64,000 bases of DNA, from the NCBI GenBank assembly GCA_964455705.1, contig CAYVYM010000002.1, forward strand, positions 67,193 to 131,192. The letters are read 5' to 3'. Shown piece by piece: positions 47,401 to 52,712 of the stretch. The DNA comes from an uncultured Rikenella sp. (GTDB lineage Bacteria; Bacteroidota; Bacteroidia; Bacteroidales; VadinHA17). Position numbers and translations under genes: made by a program. The notes below the pieces were generated by a model. The model did no database searches and had not been told where the DNA came from. It worked only from the letters and a program-made list of their open reading frames with translations. Every line of letters starts with the position of its first letter. The stretch's first letter is position 1.

Positions 47401-48436
47401 CCCTGCCATCAATGGTTACGTTATCGGCTCCGTTTAGGTTTATCAGAGGTGCCGATAAATTACCACTGATAGAAAGGCCTGTGTTGGTAGGATAAATATT
47501 TACCGATACATAGTCAGCGCTTCCGCTTCCACTGGCATTTAGGGCCGCAGAAGTGGTTTCGGTGGTGCTTCCATGAATCTGAATAGTAACATTACCACGA
47601 TGAGTGCCATCGTTGATTTTATCAAAAGCAGTTTTGAGGTTTGGATAGTATGAATGTAATATTCCGTTGGTAGAAGTTAATTCGACAGGGAGCATATATC
47701 TTATCCAGGTGTTGTTCGTCCCGCTTTTCACCTCCTGCCATTTGTTAAAAAAGCCGTTTACCCCGCTGTGAATACCCATATCCACTCCCGAAACAGAAAT
47801 ATTATCATTCCCGAGTTTAAGTACTATTTCGTTTGTGGTTTCATAGAAACTGACTTGTATGTCAGCATAAAGTCCGTCATTGTAGTCAATCTCAATATTA
47901 TGACTCTCGATTGTAAATATGCGGTTAGGTGCGGTTCCGGTCACCAGATATCTGCACCAGGAATCAGCAATTCTACCGAGGTTACAGTCGTACATTGAGG
48001 TGGCAACTATTTGTCCAAATCCGGTAGCGGTTGCTGTCAGATCATAGGCACTTGCGGCGGAGTAATTATTTCCGGCTGCAATGCCGTCAAGACGGATAAA
48101 ACCGTTTGAGGCTACACTTAAGCTGTTTGCAGCAGTATAGTTATTATCATAGAAGGTAAAATTAAATGGCCAATTGATGGAAACCTGAGTATCGTCACCT
48201 GTAACAATTGTGGTTCCCGATGAACAGTCAATCCAACTGTATGTAGTCCCTATTGTACCTGTTTTTGTGCCGTAGTTCCAGCTTGCCGATGCCTGGGACC
48301 TTACCTGTAAGGGTAGTCCACATAGAATCGAAAAAAATACGATAAGTATAGATATTCTAAGCTTCTTTTTGATTTCATTTTCTCCAGGAACCACCTTTAT
48401 TCTGGTGTCAGATCCGACAACATCCTTTATTCTCAT
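38402..48436 (-). CDS. giant secreted/surface protein (about 3,344 aa) with beta-helix-like N-terminal half, four mega-repeats and a T9SS-type C-terminal sorting domain
   Basis: Single uninterrupted ORF. ATG at 48436 (the track's 48469 start is a TTG). Signal-like KKKLRISILIVFFSILCGLPLQVRSQA. The C-terminal 78 aa (...LYNILGQPVF...GVYIVRFVSGNKRITKRILILY) resemble Por secretion tails. Confidence 0.85.
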   Translation of the reverse strand: MRIKDVVGSDTRIKVVPGENEIKKKLRISILIVFFSILCGLPLQVRSQASASWNYGTKTGTIGTTYSWIDCSSGTTIVTGDDTQVSINWPFNFTFYDNNYTAANSLSVASNGFIRLDGIAAGNNYSAASAYDLTATATGFGQIVATSMYDCNLGRIADSWCRYLVTGTAPNRIFTIESHNIEIDYNDGLYADIQVSFYETTNEIVLKLGNDNISVSGVDMGIHSGVNGFFNKWQEVKSGTNNTWIRYMLPVELTSTNGILHSYYPNLKTAFDKINDGTHRGNVTIQIHGSTTETTSAALNASGSGSADYVSVNIYPTNTGLSISGNLSAPLINLNGADNVTIDGRVDATGTTPDLIITNNSTASTAGTSTIRLINTATNNSVKYCTIKGSETVATSGVIFFSTSNATAGNNNNSIDNNNITSAADASRPVNAIFSSGTLGRENSGNIISNNNIYDFLRNGTNSNGVFLSSNTSAWIITGNSFYETTSFVPSGGVTYRALQINNTSGTGFIISDNNIGGSTALCGGSAWTKTNNNNNVFNGIFLNVGTATASSVQNNTIKNFDWRNSGTAAWTSINIIAGNVDIGTVTGNSIGESTGTGSITVTSGTSGQTIYGINIASVGIVDCQHNRIGSITAANTNTGRASNIYAINRTAATGTTIISNNIIGSTTTSNSIYASSTSLWNGQIVNGISSDGTGTITISGNIVANLTNEVTGTSVSQTIGIETSAGSNTIQNNTVYNISTASGQTGSTTSAPVIGIVQKSTTAGTAQSVNGNTVYNVSSTHPTARVDIYGIYYAGPPTGVNTVSRNLVHSLSISSSNTGSDMDGMVLMNGLTTCANNIIILGPGIATGYLINGIWDNSGSTNNNSIYFNTVYIGGTVAGTTSSTGALWNAANTSTRNYRNNILFNARSGGTTGKHYAIRLAGNTNLTIDYNDYYAPNTNGVLGYAGADLTTLALFQAATGQDVNSMNTDPLFANAGGTIALDYYSSAILNGVSGTGITTDHSGLTRNAVPNMGALEVNSFVWAGTISTDFGTAGNWTHGSVPPNGADIMFAVNPARSCLLDQDRSLKNITNDQSTYKFIINGHQLTITGNLIFTNGAQIDATATSSEIVFAGESAQNIPSGALVSNTTDAIGLNNINGLIINGDLIITRSFTLTNGAFSIGANTLTINGSITTAAGTLTGGSTSNIIIGGSGATTTLPAVVLNNLTLNRANGIGLGGSVSVGGTLVLTNGTITIAANTLTLSGNSPTRANGSIDAGNASATLSFTNSSAITLPALIFTGSVNNLTINGSGGISASSDFTVNRILNLLSANPSATKGSLAMGAFTLTLGANATTLGAGDVTGTVKRTSIVAGVSYTFGNQYNTLVFQNTGTLPTEMSIRVTIGTAPSWKPDAIQRIYEIIQTGANGAYATTATSYLDSELNGNTEGNLVIWSWQPGYPLAIEHGVSGFNTTQNWVVYSNYSVEFLSSAFGTDFLTMANSQTVLNTWNGSVSTDWNIPLNWTKGYVPLSADDVIIPSTASLPHEPTLPASTTINTLTIQAGGVVNGGTGTVFRLAGGSGAWANNGIFNPGTGTVVFTNALATISGTTNFNDITLNIGAGLTLESGSIMRITGTIIQNGVLHAALNPNTIEYNGSNQTIISPDGSIPGYYNLILSGSGTKTLPGNPINVKGDFTMAGTTSATAAAGYTIEGNVTIGAGATFDAGNYIHSGKGNLTNNGTFTSSAGSTIIMNGTSVQTISGTSLTNFYNLTINNSAGVNLYINTNINSLLNLPSGTLRVGEITLGINGAVSQISGNVDITSLSSLSFGGTSAITIPGSLFTTDPSINNLTINRSGGVTFSCDLTVNGVVNLQSANPSATKGSLDMWDGSADKTLTMSADATTIGIGDVTGVITRNTILPDVTYTFGNQYTSVFFPAVGTLPSSISLKVQIGTAPVWKTGAVQRIHDIIQTGASGTLAIINAHYLDSELNGNDEGSIVNWSYRFSGSILTEHGRSNFNPTENWITLANVNFAFFPPTFGMVEISPDESELTSLTWNGSVSTSWITAENWTPNGSPSDNTVVIIPDAATTPNDPVLPPFTACGTITLKSGAILNSGTGSQLTLNGSSGVWSNEGGIFNAGNSTVFFTNPNATISGTTDFYDLTLNSGAAVALSTGSVTRIAGTLTNNGILRAAYTPTTIEYNGTDQTIINPNGLTSGFYNLILSGSGAKTMPGTPLNIAGDFILAGTASTIASDTMTVLGNLILGNNTTFGTGSFDHSIGGSFINNGTFSPSSGTTITLNGTSAQAINGTTTTDFDNLTIDNYLGVYLSVNTNINNNLTLTNGDLSLGGNTLGINGTVSNSAGYIDASVLSSLYFGGTSAITIPGDIFTAPPSFNNITINRSGGVTFSSDITVIGVLHLQSSNPSATKGALDMYDGPALKMITMGPSSTTLGIGDVTGIVRRDSFVAGIPYTFGNQFTTVTLDANGDFPDGLNLKIVIGTSPSWKPSAINRIYEYIQDNSSGCTGAFRLHYLDSELNGNTESKLVIFLNGNPGPPAGIIQLEQEANDETDNWIEDINIPVFFLRTGYGTLELTLADSELSVALWNGSISTSWTEAGNWTPPGVPSSGSDVVIPDASTTTFVPSLPASTEIKSLQLDNEAILNAGTGSQLTLNGSTYAWRNDYSASFNNSNSNVIFTNPAAFLWGTSSFNNLTVGSGATLTLSLDSYIKISGAIINNGTLEAGIIKNTVEYNGTAQTVINPNGVVPGYNILILSGSGEKTMPSSQLNVVYDFTLSGTATAAANQNLILEGNITVGPSAAFTTGSFNHSIGGFLENNGSFTATGSTITFNGTVQTIRGTVPVAFDNLSVATGSNTTVITSGQTVSRILLCNGTLHSDGNITLLSTESRTALIDGTGTGQVLGNLIMQRYLSSGFGYKYFSSPFQSATVNELADDINLSASFIPLYSYDENRYFNSTPLSGWVNYNTSTNILNPLSGYAVNLGSNSAPITIDIAGIVNNGSMSVTLYNHNQIYTQGFNLVGNPYPSPIDWNAASGWTKDNIDNSLYFFKANTTDQYGGTYSTFINGNSSDGVVDNIIPSMQGFFVHVSDGSYPVTGTLAMDNDVRVTNLTHPFTKSRETAVVSLLRIVAGYSDNPDSFDPTVLYFDDKATSDFDGQLDALKLYNTDASVTNFYSISDNDYLLSINALPATENGLNSIPLGLKTEKNGEVIFRVSESKGSFTGKLIYLSDVVTGINQDLKPGNEYKIYLGASEYKTRFFLNFTDKETAITEIPADNGWFTVYASHGVLITDVDLPEGQTGIMTLYNILGQPVFMDKIHKSGHYEFNPALKDGVYIVRFVSGNKRITKRILILY
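39740..45370 (-). repeat. intragenic protein-level tandem mega-repeat, 3 full + 1 truncated unit
   Basis: Units open with W-[AN]-G-[ST]-[IV]-S-T-[DS]-[FW] at nt 45370, 43981, 42346 and 40702 (463, 545 and 548 codons apart). SANPSATKG and YLDSELNGN recur in units 1-3. The DNA copies are strongly diverged. Confidence 0.8.
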
Positions 48437-48769
48437 TAGACATAATATGAGAAATATGATTATAACCAATTATAACACAAAGGAGACTTTTCTGATGCTG
48501 ATAGTCATTACATAATAGTGTAATTAAGTTATATGATTCACACGTTAATTATAATTAATGATTTTATGCTCAATTAACATGCACATCCATGTTTCTTCTT
48601 CCTGAGATTCCTTAAGTCACAAGTGCAATTACCGCGACATTGTGAAAAAAATGCAATTGGCCCTATACATTGATCCACACAACAGTCGGTTGTTGAATAG
48701 CAACAATAAATAGCGTATTAACAACTATTTGTTTAGGTATTTGTAACGATTCCGAAGATTGATCCGGGT

Positions 48770-48777
48770 ATCTTTGC
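48770..48777 (+). promoter_or_regulatory. candidate -7 box (TATCTTTG) for the HTH-pentapeptide gene
   Basis: Perfect TAnnTTTG 28 nt upstream of the ATG at 48805. Confidence 0.45.
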
Positions 48778-48804
48778 CATATCAACAAACTAAAATATGG
48801 AGCT

Positions 48805-49755
48805 ATGTTAAGTACAATGATTATTGGGAATAAAATTGCCAAAGCACGAAAGAGGGTCAATATTTCACAGGCCCGGCTTGCTGAGAAACTATTCATCAGT
48901 CCGCAGGCAGTCGGGAAGTGGGAGCGGGGGGAATCAATGCCGGACATAATAACATTTAACCGTCTTGCGGAAATCCTGGGTGTTGACCTTAACTATTTTT
49001 CAGAAAGCTTCCAGCCGGTGGCTACTGAAACGGCAGCCGCTGAGCCTTTGGATAAGCAACCGGATGAATTGAATTCGTCTAATGAGATGCAGTTGACATC
49101 CGGAAAGCAGAAGAAAAAGCTTGGCTGGGATATGTCACGCGGTAATTGGGTGGATGCTGACTTTTCCGGATTGAAAAATCTGCATGCAAAATTCAGTTCC
49201 TCCAACATGCTGCGCTGCAAGTTTATAGGTTCCGATCTGACCGGACTTCTTCTGAAAGGTAATAATGTTGATAGCTGCGACTTCTCAGGTTCCGACTTCG
49301 GCAACAGCCACATTCAGGGGTCCAACCTGGTCAGCAACATGTTTAAGGACTGTTCACTGAAGGAAACCCAATTTTCAGATAGCTATATCTCTGGCTGCGA
49401 TTTCACCGGCGCTGATTTTACAGACGTGAAGTTTAAATCCGGTGGCTTTACCGGAGTGGTCACTAAATCTGGCGACCTGGAGAAAAATACAATTGCAAAT
49501 GCTGTGTGGAATCGCACCTCTTTTAATGCTATGTATATTGCCGATATAGTTATCATGGGAACAGTGGAGGATTGCTCGTTTGAAAACTGCGCATTTACCA
49601 GGGTGGCATTCAGGAACTCAACACTTATTAACACTTTCTTTAAAAACAAGAGTCTGAAACGTATCCGGTTCATTGACTGTCAGGCCGATCGGATGACTTA
49701 TGAATTCCTGAAAAACGGTAAGGCAGATTTAACCGGTATCACATTGTTAACCTAA
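48805..49755 (+). CDS. XRE-family HTH domain fused to a pentapeptide-repeat domain
   Basis: N-terminus IGNKIAKARKRVNISQARLAEKLFISPQAVGKWERGESMPD (HTH_3 type). C-terminal half is runs of A/C/S-[DN]-[LF]-x-x pentads (ADFSGLKNLHAKFSSSNMLRCKFIGSDLTG...CDFTGADFTDVKF). Confidence 0.75.
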   Translation: MLSTMIIGNKIAKARKRVNISQARLAEKLFISPQAVGKWERGESMPDIITFNRLAEILGVDLNYFSESFQPVATETAAAEPLDKQPDELNSSNEMQLTSGKQKKKLGWDMSRGNWVDADFSGLKNLHAKFSSSNMLRCKFIGSDLTGLLLKGNNVDSCDFSGSDFGNSHIQGSNLVSNMFKDCSLKETQFSDSYISGCDFTGADFTDVKFKSGGFTGVVTKSGDLEKNTIANAVWNRTSFNAMYIADIVIMGTVEDCSFENCAFTRVAFRNSTLINTFFKNKSLKRIRFIDCQADRMTYEFLKNGKADLTGITLLT

Positions 49756-49867
49756 GAAGGAGGAAATGAATAACGGGCAGGTTTATTTCCTGGTTGCATC
49801 TTAATTGAATATGAACCATAACCCGGATAGGGTTGTTTATTATTGTCTAACCTATTAATTCATCCAT

Positions 49868-50293
49868 ATGGAAACAGTTACTGTCAATTACTGGGCCGTT
49901 GCTACAGGTGCCGTCCTCTCCATGGTAATCGGGGCAATCTGGTACGGTCCGATCTTCGGGAAGAAATGGGCTGAGATAATCGGCGCTGACATGTCAGACC
50001 CGGTAGCTAAGAAGCAAATGCAGAAATCGGCTGGGCCGTTGTATTTTGTTCAGTTTATTATGACACTCTTCCAGGTATTGGTACTGGCACACCTCGTAGC
50101 CGACACGGAGCGCGCAGGGGGGCTTGAGAGATCACTATGGATCTGGGCGGCCTTCGTAATTCCGACTCTCGCAGGTGCTGTGATGTGGACCAATGAGATC
50201 GGGAAGCTGAAATGGTCACGCTTCCTTATACAGGGAGGGTATCAGTTGATCCTCTTCATAACATTCGGATTGCTTTTACAGTTCTGGAAGTAG
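49868..50293 (+). CDS. DUF1761 membrane protein
   Basis: YWAVATGAVLSMVIGAIWYGPIFGKKW N-terminus, four TM helices. Confidence 0.6.
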   Translation: METVTVNYWAVATGAVLSMVIGAIWYGPIFGKKWAEIIGADMSDPVAKKQMQKSAGPLYFVQFIMTLFQVLVLAHLVADTERAGGLERSLWIWAAFVIPTLAGAVMWTNEIGKLKWSRFLIQGGYQLILFITFGLLLQFWK

Positions 50294-50303
50294 AGGACAT
50301 ATT

Positions 50304-50732
50304 ATGAGCGAGATTAAGACCAAACCCGGTGATCTGGATATCGACAAATTTCTATCGACCGTAGAGCCGGAAAAGAAACGGGCCGACAGTATTGAACTTA
50401 AGAAACTGTTTGACAGAATGGTACAGGAAAAAGCATTGCTGTGGAACAACAATATGATCGGTTATGGATCGTATCATTACAAGTCCGAGCGCAGCAGCCA
50501 GGAGGGCGATTGGCCATTAACGGGATTCTCTCCACGAAAGCAATACATTGCTGTATATATCATGCCTGGAGTTAACAACTACAAAGACTTACTGGATAAG
50601 CTAGGTAAATTCAAAATAAGTTCAGGTTCATGTATTTATGTTAACAAACTTGAAGATATCAACCTTGATGTTCTGGGAGAAATAATTTCGGCATCAGTTT
50701 CCGATATGAAAAAATTATACAAGGTTGATTAA
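50304..50732 (+). CDS. DUF1801 (YdhG-like) domain protein
   Basis: MIGYGSYHYKSERSSQEGDWPLTGFSPRKQYIAVYIM block. Confidence 0.6.
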   Translation: MSEIKTKPGDLDIDKFLSTVEPEKKRADSIELKKLFDRMVQEKALLWNNNMIGYGSYHYKSERSSQEGDWPLTGFSPRKQYIAVYIMPGVNNYKDLLDKLGKFKISSGSCIYVNKLEDINLDVLGEIISASVSDMKKLYKVD

Positions 50733-50815
50733 TCAGATTCCTCCGGCCGGGGCTTGCCCGGTCCCGGGCAGGCTTCGAGTAAAAATCAACCTTTCATTCC
50801 CTTAGTAACAGCACT

Positions 50816-51388
50816 ATGGCGCACTCAATAACAGTAAAGGAGCTTTCACCAGGACAACGTGAAGAAATACTCAGAACATTGAAAACCCGTTTTGAGAAGA
50901 ATTCGAGTCGACATAAAGGTCTGGCATGGTTTGATGTACAGTCAAGGCTGGAGGCCAGTCCCGGGAAATTATGGTCACTCAATGAGATGGAAAGGACCGG
51001 CGGAGAACCTGATGTCATTGGGCATGATGAAATGAGCAGCGAGTACATTTTCGTTGATTGTTCCCATGAAAGTCCTGCCGGTCGCAGAAATGTCTGTTAC
51101 GACGCCGAAGCACTTGAGGCCAGGAAAACATTCAAACCTCCGGACAGTGCATCCGGTATGTCATCGGCCATGGGCATTGAGCTGTTAACGGAGAAACAAT
51201 ACCGTGAGCTGCAGAAGCTTGGCGATTTTGATACGAAAACGTCAAGCTGGATAAAGACACCTTCCGGTATCAGGAAACTGGGCGGTGCCCTCTTTGCTGA
51301 CCGCCGCTACGGCCAAGTCTTCGTCTATCACAACGGAGCCTCCTCGTACTATGCGGCCAGGGGTTTCCGCGGCTCGTTAAAGGTCTGA
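50816..51388 (+). CDS. DUF4256 domain protein
   Basis: LWSLNEMERTGGEPDVIG...KTSSWIKTPSGIRKLGGALF...YHNGASSYYAARGFRGSLKV, remembered as characteristic of this family. Confidence 0.6.
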   Translation: MAHSITVKELSPGQREEILRTLKTRFEKNSSRHKGLAWFDVQSRLEASPGKLWSLNEMERTGGEPDVIGHDEMSSEYIFVDCSHESPAGRRNVCYDAEALEARKTFKPPDSASGMSSAMGIELLTEKQYRELQKLGDFDTKTSSWIKTPSGIRKLGGALFADRRYGQVFVYHNGASSYYAARGFRGSLKV

Positions 51389-51459
51389 AACCGACATGCT
51401 GACCCCGGGCTATTAACCAGTAAAGTAAATTGCCAGCAGTATTGGCCACACTATCCTGG

Positions 51460-51990
51460 CTAAAAAATGAGTGTCAGTGCGAGGTACTTGACCATCAATC
51501 CCAGAACGGTACAGATTACCGTGTCACGAATACGGTGTCGCAGCATGCCAGCGGCAAGGGAGATGACGGGAGAGGAGAGGGGCAGGGCATTGAAAACAAG
51601 GATCGTCAGGTTGCCATACTTTTCTATTTTTGCTTCAGCCTTCTCATAACGCTTCCGGCCAATGAAATTATCTATGAACCTGTTGCTCATACTCAGGCCA
51701 AGGGAATAATCAATTGACTGTGAGAAGAGCGCCGTGCTTATCGCCACGGCATTCAGCGCCGAAACGCTGATATCGCCCTGGAGATAAAATATGAATGCCA
51801 CCTCCACTGGCATGAAAAGGAAGAAGAGATAACCGCAGGCATTCACAATTGCAAACGATAACAACCCCTCGTCGCGTGATCCGTAATATATGTCCCGTCC
51901 CACGGTCATCGATGCAATGGTTATGGCTGACATCACCAGCAGGATTGCAATGACGATACGCGTTATCTCAGCCTTGCTTTTTCTCACCAT
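51460..51990 (-). CDS. VTT/YqaA (DedA-related) membrane protein
   Basis: Five TM helices. KIEKYGNLTILVFNALPLSSPVISLAAGML. Its ATG overlaps the stop of the upstream CYTH gene (TGATG). The track start at 51993 is a GTG. Confidence 0.55.
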   Translation of the reverse strand: MVRKSKAEITRIVIAILLVMSAITIASMTVGRDIYYGSRDEGLLSFAIVNACGYLFFLFMPVEVAFIFYLQGDISVSALNAVAISTALFSQSIDYSLGLSMSNRFIDNFIGRKRYEKAEAKIEKYGNLTILVFNALPLSSPVISLAAGMLRHRIRDTVICTVLGLMVKYLALTLIF

Positions 51991-52457
51991 CACCAGCGGC
52001 TGAAGGGTTTGACCGAGAGAGCTGAGTTATAGTATCGCGGATCACCTGAGACTTCCTCGCCCAGCCATGGAGGCTTCTCAAACGCCTCATCAGCGGACCC
52101 GAGCTCGATCTCTGCCATAACAAGGCCGTTGTTCGCCCCATGAAACACATCAACCTCGACGGTATGTCCTCTGTAAGGCACGAGGTAACGGGTCTTCTCC
52201 ACGGCAAAGGGCTCGCAGAGCTTCAGCAGTTCCCTGGCATCATCAACAGAGATCTCCTTCTCCCACTCATACCTCTCAATACCTGACTTATCCGATCTCC
52301 CCTTGACCGTGATGTACCCCTTCTCACCACGAATACGCACCCTGACGGTGCTGCCCGGCGAAGATGAGAGGTACCCCTGCACTATCTCAGATGATTCTGT
52401 GGCTTCATTCCTGAACTCTCCACAGACAAGAAACTTTCTTTCAATCTCGGATGACAT
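51990..52457 (-). CDS. CYTH-domain protein (triphosphate tunnel metalloenzyme; CyaB/ThTPase-like)
   Basis: MSSEIERKFLV start (EXEXK motif), VRVRIRGEKGYITVKG, GLVMAEIEL. The upstream extension in the track (to 52577) is AT-rich promoter DNA. Confidence 0.8.
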   Translation of the reverse strand: MSSEIERKFLVCGEFRNEATESSEIVQGYLSSSPGSTVRVRIRGEKGYITVKGRSDKSGIERYEWEKEISVDDARELLKLCEPFAVEKTRYLVPYRGHTVEVDVFHGANNGLVMAEIELGSADEAFEKPPWLGEEVSGDPRYYNSALSVKPFSRW

Positions 52458-52560
52458 ATTAGAAAAATAAAGATACACCTTAAGCTGAATAAAGTATGAA
52501 TCATAAATTTTTTTTGCGTTTTTTCTTTTTTTCTGATTTTTGTGTACTTTAGCGTCCGAA

Positions 52561-52635
52561 ATGAAGAGAACATACACAGCATACGGCTTTTCTTTTTACT
52601 TTTTCTATTACTATCCGGAAAAAGGGACTGAATAG
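52561..52635 (+). CDS. candidate Phe/Tyr-rich leader peptide (24 codons) of the aromatic amino-acid operon
   Basis: ATG AAG AGA ACA TAC ACA GCA TAC GGC TTT TCT TTT TAC TTT TTC TAT TAC TAT CCG GAA AAA GGG ACT GAA TAG = MKRTYTAYGFSFYFFYYYPEKGTE. 10 of 24 codons are Phe or Tyr. A terminator lies 40 nt downstream. Confidence 0.6.
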   Translation: MKRTYTAYGFSFYFFYYYPEKGTE

Positions 52636-52674
52636 TTGTATATCTGTGAAAGGATTAAGAAATATGATGAAGGC

Positions 52675-52700
52675 AGTCCCGCAAGTGCGGGACTTTTTTT
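52675..52700 (+). terminator. intrinsic terminator (attenuator) 12 nt upstream of pheA
   Basis: (A)GTCCCGC-AAGT-GCGGGAC(T) followed by a 7-T run. The 5' arm (CAGTCCC, 52674-52680) is also complementary to GGGACTG at 52624-52630 inside the leader ORF. Confidence 0.7.
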
Positions 52701-52712
52701 ATAGGAATACGG

